Source of the DNA: Poseidonia sp.
GTDB taxonomy: Archaea > Thermoplasmatota > Poseidoniia > Poseidoniales > Poseidoniaceae
NCBI GenBank assembly: GCA_965661285.1
Contig: CBFIDD010000002.1
Location: 1 to 64,000 of the forward strand
Direction: 5' to 3'
Length of the DNA: 64,000 nt
Shown here: positions 58,876 to 64,000 of the stretch, piece by piece
Numbering within the stretch: position 1 is the stretch's first letter
How the letters are laid out: every line of letters starts with the position of its first letter
Program-made: the position numbers and the translations under genes
Notes under the pieces: model-generated
The model's input: the letters and a program-made list of their open reading frames with translations, nothing else
Database searches by the model: none
Told to the model about the DNA's origin: nothing

Positions 58876-61617
58876 TTAGCGTTTGGCGAATTTGTATCCA
58901 ACGGATTGGTTCTTTTTCAGATAAAGCGTTGCAGAGAAGGGATTGTTGGTTTTCTTTGAAACAAAATCGTCAAACGGGCCCAACGAACCGGTCTCGATGA
59001 GTGTTTTCGCTTCCTCGCGGGTGATGTCCCGTTTTGAGATGCAACGAGAGATGTGGATCTTGCAGTTGGTGGATTTGTCTTCTGCAGTATAGTGTGTTTC
59101 CGTTTCGATGATGTTCGCTTTCGATTTGGGACAAACCGCAACCACGCCCGGCTCAACCGGGAATTTCTTGGCGTCCGCTGCGGGGGCTCGCGGTGGGAAA
59201 TCAAAGGAAACACGATTTTTGTCGAGCATCAGGAAGGCGCTAAAGGGGCGGTTTCGGCGTGACGTGAAATCTTCGAGCAGAAGTGATTTTCCTTCCGTGA
59301 AGATTGGTTTCGCCTCCTCGGGCGTGATGGTGCGCTTGCACATCACGTTCTGCATGCCACGGAATTTGCAGTCGGGATTGTCGCAGTTGTAGGCGGATGG
59401 CGTGATTCTGATGTTGCCGTGGTCGCATACCGGGCAAGGACACAGGACTTCGTCATCATCGCTGGTCCCACCTCCTGCGGCTCCTTTGCTTGCGACCTTT
59501 CCGTCTTTTGCAAGGACAACGGATGTTTCGTACCCCTCAGCAGATTGTGAAAAGAAGCCGTGGAGGTCATTGAGTTCTCCCGAAGCCAACAACCTCGTGG
59601 CCGTGGTGCGATCGAACCACCGACCCGATGTGTCTTTCCAAAACACGAACGAACATCCTTTGTTTCGTCCTTCATTGTGTTCGCATTGGTAGGCCAGTGT
59701 GTTTTCTTTCACCTCTCCACCGCATGCTGGACAAGCACCAAGACTCGGCTCCTCAAGGTAGAGTTGCTTGCGGTCATGGTCCCGAATAAGTTCCACCATG
59801 GATTGTGTTTGTTGGATGATTTTGTTCATGTAGGATTCCATGGGCTCTTCGCCGCGTTGAACAGCGAGGAGCGATGCTTCCATCTCTCCTGTCAGTTCAG
59901 GGGATGTAATCCACTCGACCGGGATTCTTCGTAAGACATCAATCATTCGAATGCCGTGAGGCGAGGCACTGATGGTTCCATTGCGGGAGCGTCGGATGTA
60001 ATTTCGACTGAGAAGTTTCTCAATGGTGTCGGCACGTGTTGCTGGGGTTCCCAAGCCCTTCTCTTTCATCGCTTCTGCGAGTTCATCATCCTCGATGTTC
60101 TTGCCAGCATGTTCCATGAGTTGCAGGAGGCTCGCTTCTTTGAGGCGATTTTTTGGCTTGCTTTTTTCTTCAGAAAATTCATGCGAATCGAGGGTTGCGT
60201 CGCATGGATTGGCTGGGAGTTTCCCCCAGCCCTCCGGGACCTTGTCCTTCTTCGGGACAACTGCCCGCCAACCGGATATGGCCAACCGTTCCACTTGCTT
60301 GATGAATTGGTGCCCTTCTTTTGAGGTGATTCGCTTCGTAACCGTCCATTCAGACGCAGGGTGCCACGATGCCAAGAAATTACGAACAATCAAATCGTAG
60401 AGTTTCGCATGGTCGCCGCCGAAATTGGTCGGTGGTGTCTGACCCGTGGGAACGATGGCATAGTGATCTGAAACCTTCGCATTGTTGTAATTCCGTTTGA
60501 CGTTGGCCAAACCCTCCGATTGCAGACGCTTGGTATGTTCGCTGTAGTCTGATTGTTTACCGATGTTGTCCAGTGTTTTGGCGACGGTTTCGTGCATGTC
60601 TTCGGGGAGATATTTTGAATCTGTTCTCGGGTAGGTGGTCAATTTGAATTTGTCATAGAGGTCTTGTGCGACGCCCAGCGTACGCTTTGCTGACCAAGAC
60701 CACAAACTGTTCGCTCGCTTCTGGAGTGTGGTCAAGTCAAAGTTGAGCGGTGGCTGTTCTTTCTTGGTTCGGTCTGTTTCTTCCGTAGAAAAGCCATTCT
60801 GTTCGGCCAAGATGGTTTCAATGGCATCTTTTTCAGCCGGGTCAATAATTCGGTGGGCTTTGAATTCGGGCCGCTCAGCATCGTCCTTGTGATTTGTCCG
60901 TTCCCAACGCGCTGTCCATGTCGCATCGCCTGCTGAAAAGGTTGCATTCAGTTGCCAGTACGGCACAGGAATGTGCGACAAGACCTCGAGTTCATGGTCA
61001 ACGACAAGTGCCAGTGTTGCCGTTTGTACTCGACCAAGAGAGTTCGCCGAACGGTCTCGGTTCTGAGGGAGGCGTGTGGCGACACGAGAACCGTTCATTC
61101 CGATGATCCAATCTGCTCTGGACCGGGAATACGCCGCGTCGCTCAAGGCCTGATAGGCCTCGCCCTGTTCTCGGTTCTCAAAGGCTTGCAGCATAGCGTC
61201 GTAGGTCATTGATTGCATCCACATTCGAGAGGTGGGTGTTTTTACTTTGGTGTGCTGCACGATGGTGCGGAAAATCAATTCGCCTTCTCTTGCAGCATCG
61301 CAGGCGTTGACGATCTCTGTCACGGACTTGTCTTTGACGAGTTTCATGATGGCTGACAACTGCTTTTTCGCACGCCCACCTTTTGGTTTGTATTGAAAGG
61401 ATTCGGGAATGTAGGGGAGACGGTCAATGGTTTTCCTCCAATTCTTGAACGCCTCATCATAGTCGTCCATGTATTTCAGTTCGAGAAGATGTCCAATGGC
61501 CCACGTGATGATGATATCATCGCTGTGCCAGTGTGTTTCTGTTTTTTTCCCGACGCCGAGAACATTTGCCAAGTCCTCGGCAACACTGGGTTTCTCAGCA
61601 ATGATGACGATGGACAT
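58876..61617 (-). CDS. topB: type IA DNA topoisomerase, bacterial TopB (topo III)-like with C-terminal repeats
   Basis: IIAEKPSVA, NACDAAREGELIF, SLGRVQTATL, catalytic TYPRTDS, GLGTPATRA.TIE.L, zinc ribbons and F.S...PF.A.L repeats. Confidence 0.88.
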   Translation of the reverse strand: MSIVIIAEKPSVAEDLANVLGVGKKTETHWHSDDIIITWAIGHLLELKYMDDYDEAFKNWRKTIDRLPYIPESFQYKPKGGRAKKQLSAIMKLVKDKSVTEIVNACDAAREGELIFRTIVQHTKVKTPTSRMWMQSMTYDAMLQAFENREQGEAYQALSDAAYSRSRADWIIGMNGSRVATRLPQNRDRSANSLGRVQTATLALVVDHELEVLSHIPVPYWQLNATFSAGDATWTARWERTNHKDDAERPEFKAHRIIDPAEKDAIETILAEQNGFSTEETDRTKKEQPPLNFDLTTLQKRANSLWSWSAKRTLGVAQDLYDKFKLTTYPRTDSKYLPEDMHETVAKTLDNIGKQSDYSEHTKRLQSEGLANVKRNYNNAKVSDHYAIVPTGQTPPTNFGGDHAKLYDLIVRNFLASWHPASEWTVTKRITSKEGHQFIKQVERLAISGWRAVVPKKDKVPEGWGKLPANPCDATLDSHEFSEEKSKPKNRLKEASLLQLMEHAGKNIEDDELAEAMKEKGLGTPATRADTIEKLLSRNYIRRSRNGTISASPHGIRMIDVLRRIPVEWITSPELTGEMEASLLAVQRGEEPMESYMNKIIQQTQSMVELIRDHDRKQLYLEEPSLGACPACGGEVKENTLAYQCEHNEGRNKGCSFVFWKDTSGRWFDRTTATRLLASGELNDLHGFFSQSAEGYETSVVLAKDGKVASKGAAGGGTSDDDEVLCPCPVCDHGNIRITPSAYNCDNPDCKFRGMQNVMCKRTITPEEAKPIFTEGKSLLLEDFTSRRNRPFSAFLMLDKNRVSFDFPPRAPAADAKKFPVEPGVVAVCPKSKANIIETETHYTAEDKSTNCKIHISRCISKRDITREEAKTLIETGSLGPFDDFVSKKTNNPFSATLYLKKNQSVGYKFAKR

Positions 61618-61709
61618 ATGATGATTGCGCACCGATGACCGTACTTGAACCCTCCTTTGAGGGCGAGATGCAATCGGTCACGCACATGAAATGTCTCATT
61701 TCATGAGGT

Positions 61710-62138
61710 TCAATCATCTCGGTTTTGCATCTTTTTCCGACTCGCATGTTCGTCCCAATCATCTTCTGTATGTGGGCCACCGCAACCCAGGCATCCCGGA
61801 TACCCTGCATCCAAGAGGTCGCCCATGACCGCTGCTATAGATTGCCAACCTGATTCCACATCCATGGGCACCCAGACCGTTTCAAGCGGCGGTTCTCCTT
61901 CACAACAAACGGCCAGTGTGCTTGACTGATGCGGCAGGTTGAGCTCGATCGAGCCATCATTCATTGGGGTGAATTCCAGAAAATTCGTTCGCGAGGGTTG
62001 GACATCACCCAGTCGTATGTTCAACGCATGGAGAAGTGGTTCCAGCCACGTCGGGCCGCTCACCACCAACCCTTCGGTTCTCAAGAGGATTCGTCCAAAC
62101 TCTCGAACCGCAGGCCAGCGAGGGTCCGTTATTCGCAT
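61710..62138 (-). CDS. hypothetical protein with CxxC
   Basis: MRITDPRW... ORF filling the gap, with GYPGCLGCGG near the C-terminus. Confidence 0.6.
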   Translation of the reverse strand: MRITDPRWPAVREFGRILLRTEGLVVSGPTWLEPLLHALNIRLGDVQPSRTNFLEFTPMNDGSIELNLPHQSSTLAVCCEGEPPLETVWVPMDVESGWQSIAAVMGDLLDAGYPGCLGCGGPHTEDDWDEHASRKKMQNRDD

Positions 62139-62192
62139 GTTTTCTTCCAAGCAGAGGCAAGTCTTGAAGGATGGCGTGCCAAACCACCACTC

Positions 62193-63329
62193 ATGGGCGT
62201 TGGCTATCGTTGGTTTGGACGCCCATTGTTGCGTTTTCAAGACTCCGAAAGAGCGCACGCACGCTCGTTATCACTTCTACGCCTCTTTTCCACAAACCCG
62301 CTTACACGAGTGGCTTTGAAAATCCTATACAAACCACGTCGCTCTCTCCCCGTTGAATTATTCGGCCACACCTACACCCATCCCTTTGGCCTTGCAGCAG
62401 GCATGGACAAGAACGCCAAAGCTCTCCTGGGTTGGGAAGCAACGGGTTTGGCCTTTGTCGAAATCGGTGGTGTTACGATGTTGGAACAAACCGGCAACCC
62501 CAAACCGAGAATGTTTCGAGCGCCAAAGGCTCAAGCGCTTGTCAATCGGATGGGGTTCAACAACGATGGAAGTGAAAAAATTCAATCGGCACTCAGGCGT
62601 CATTTCGAACGACACGGCCGCCCAGGAATCCCTCTTTGGGTCAATCTTGGCAAATCCAAAGTGACACCCCTTGATGAGGCGCCTGCCGATTATGCCACCA
62701 CCATGGAGCGACTTTGGGAGTATGGGGACGTGTTTGTCATCAATGTCTCTTCCCCCAACACACCAAATCTCCGGGAACTTCAGGGTGACGAGGGGCTCAA
62801 AACGATTCTTTTGGCTTGCCATGGCGTCAACAATCGTCGTTCTGAGGAAACGAATGCGGACAAGAAGCCTGTGCTGGTCAAAGTTGCCCCCGACATGACG
62901 GCGCAGCAACTCGTTCACATCGCAAGAACCGCGAAAGAAAACGGAGCAGACGGCATCGTTGTCTCCAACACCACGGTCGAGCGCCCGACGGCAACACATG
63001 GTCGAGACAAGGCGGTTTTTTCTCAGAAAGGAGGCTTGAGCGGTCAGCCCCTCAAGGAACGCTCTACGGCCATGATTCGAACGGTCAGAGAGGCCACAGG
63101 ACCGGAATGGCCCATCATCGGCGTTGGTGGTATTGCTTCTGCAGATGATGCCTGGGAAAAATTAGAGGCTGGGGCCACCCTTCTCCAAGCCTATAGCGGG
63201 TTTGTGTTTGAGGGCCCAGCCTTGACCAAAAGCGTCGTTCATGGACTTCACAAGCGGCTTGAAGCGTCGACCCACGAGACTGTAGCCGATGTGGTCGGGT
63301 CCTCAGTACGAACAAAAGAGGATTTGTAA
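62193..63329 (+). CDS. pyrD: quinone-dependent dihydroorotate dehydrogenase (class 2)
   Basis: GLAAGMDKN, GNPKPRMFR, NRMGFNN.G, NLGKSK, NVSSPNTP.LR.LQ, KVAPD, SNTT, GGLSG. Confidence 0.95.
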   Translation: MGVGYRWFGRPLLRFQDSERAHARSLSLLRLFSTNPLTRVALKILYKPRRSLPVELFGHTYTHPFGLAAGMDKNAKALLGWEATGLAFVEIGGVTMLEQTGNPKPRMFRAPKAQALVNRMGFNNDGSEKIQSALRRHFERHGRPGIPLWVNLGKSKVTPLDEAPADYATTMERLWEYGDVFVINVSSPNTPNLRELQGDEGLKTILLACHGVNNRRSEETNADKKPVLVKVAPDMTAQQLVHIARTAKENGADGIVVSNTTVERPTATHGRDKAVFSQKGGLSGQPLKERSTAMIRTVREATGPEWPIIGVGGIASADDAWEKLEAGATLLQAYSGFVFEGPALTKSVVHGLHKRLEASTHETVADVVGSSVRTKEDL

Positions 63330-63351
63330 GGGTTCAACGGTTGGGAACATC

Positions 63352-63750
63352 GTGTGGGCAAGGCGTACTCGGATTCTTGCCATTGGTGCTCTGCTGACCG
63401 TTGGTTTACTCGCAACCGTACTGCTGCAGTCTCCGGCCCCGACACAAACAGTGGATGAGTTGATGCGCTCACCTTCCGAACACCTCGACCAAGACGTAGC
63501 GGTTCGAGGTGAGGTGATGGATGGAACCATCGACAATTCCACCATGACCTTTGTTTTGGAGGGAGCAACGTCCACGTTGACGGTTCGATTTACCGATGCC
63601 ATGGTATCCAACGGTCTGGATGATAACAGAACCGTCTACGCTGAAGGCGTCTTGCGGTACGAAGACGGATCGTACGTCTTTGATGCCAATGTCATCAAGA
63701 CATCATGCCCCTCAAAATACGAAGAAGCGGCGGAAGACGAGGGCGAATGA
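63352..63750 (+). CDS. ccmE: cytochrome c maturation heme chaperone CcmE (CxxxY type)
   Basis: N-terminal TM, VAVRGEV, VYAEG, FDANVIKTSCPSKY. Confidence 0.82.
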   Translation: MWARRTRILAIGALLTVGLLATVLLQSPAPTQTVDELMRSPSEHLDQDVAVRGEVMDGTIDNSTMTFVLEGATSTLTVRFTDAMVSNGLDDNRTVYAEGVLRYEDGSYVFDANVIKTSCPSKYEEAAEDEGE

Positions 63751-63792
63751 CGCTGCGTTGGCTTCATATAGGCTGAGCACCGGCCCGTGGAT

Positions 63793-64000
63793 GGGATAGG
63801 TGGGGAGCTCGGCGTACCCTGTATCACAAATCGTCGTTATGGTGGACCGAACGCCTTGGGGCGGCGAAAGCGGCCGTGGGGTTCCCGTAGGCGGACGTTG
63901 ATGTCTCGCCCCCACATGACTCGGGTGTCATGAACCGTCTCCGGAAGGAAACGGTGAGTGAATAACCGGGGGACTAGGTCAGGCCGGGAACGGAGCAGCC
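63793..64000 (+). ncRNA. ffs: archaeal SRP (7S) RNA, truncated at window end
   Basis: Alu-like 5' domain GGGGAGCTCGGCGTACCCTGTA; helix 6 GGAA tetraloop; helix 8 GTCAGGCCGGGAACGGAGCAGCC; TATA-like TTCATATA at 63763. Confidence 0.9.

Noticed and set aside
61929-62192. Extended N-terminus of PyrD (and similarly of SerA at 27072-27392)
   Set aside because: It overlaps a divergent gene; homology and the promoter element support the later ATG.

Overview
A gene-dense archaeal chromosome segment. The gene content points to Marine Group II Euryarchaeota (Poseidoniales); this is inference from archaeal information genes (aIF6, rpoE1-spt4-rps24e-rps27ae, archaeal alaS/valS, rtcB, dtdA, geranylgeranyl reductase, SRP RNA) mixed with bacterial-type genes (class 2 pyrD, topB, pepP, EVE) and very large acidic surface proteins. 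RNA genes are the 3' part of a 5S rRNA, tRNA-Ser(GGA), tRNA-Thr(GGT) and the 5' part of the SRP RNA. I saw no CRISPR array, integrase or transposase. The main result is a compact putative damage-inducible translesion-synthesis ('mutasome') locus at 28.4-33.1 kb. It holds a small arCOG07300-like protein, a PolB2 with a non-canonical motif C, a degenerate RadA/ImuA-like ATPase and an intact DinB (Pol IV); both polymerases end in PIP-box-like motifs and the divergent promoter is rich in palindromes. Other notable items are a highly structured RNA leader ahead of rpoE1, a recurrent non-canonical TT[C/G]AA[A/G] TATA-like element about 30 nt before start codons, a PNGase F-like lipoprotein, a Ca-binding repeat protein with a lysine-less biotinyl/lipoyl-like insert, and a subtilase with a natural Met-to-Ala change next to the catalytic Ser. 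All family assignments come from recognising motifs by eye; no database search was run.
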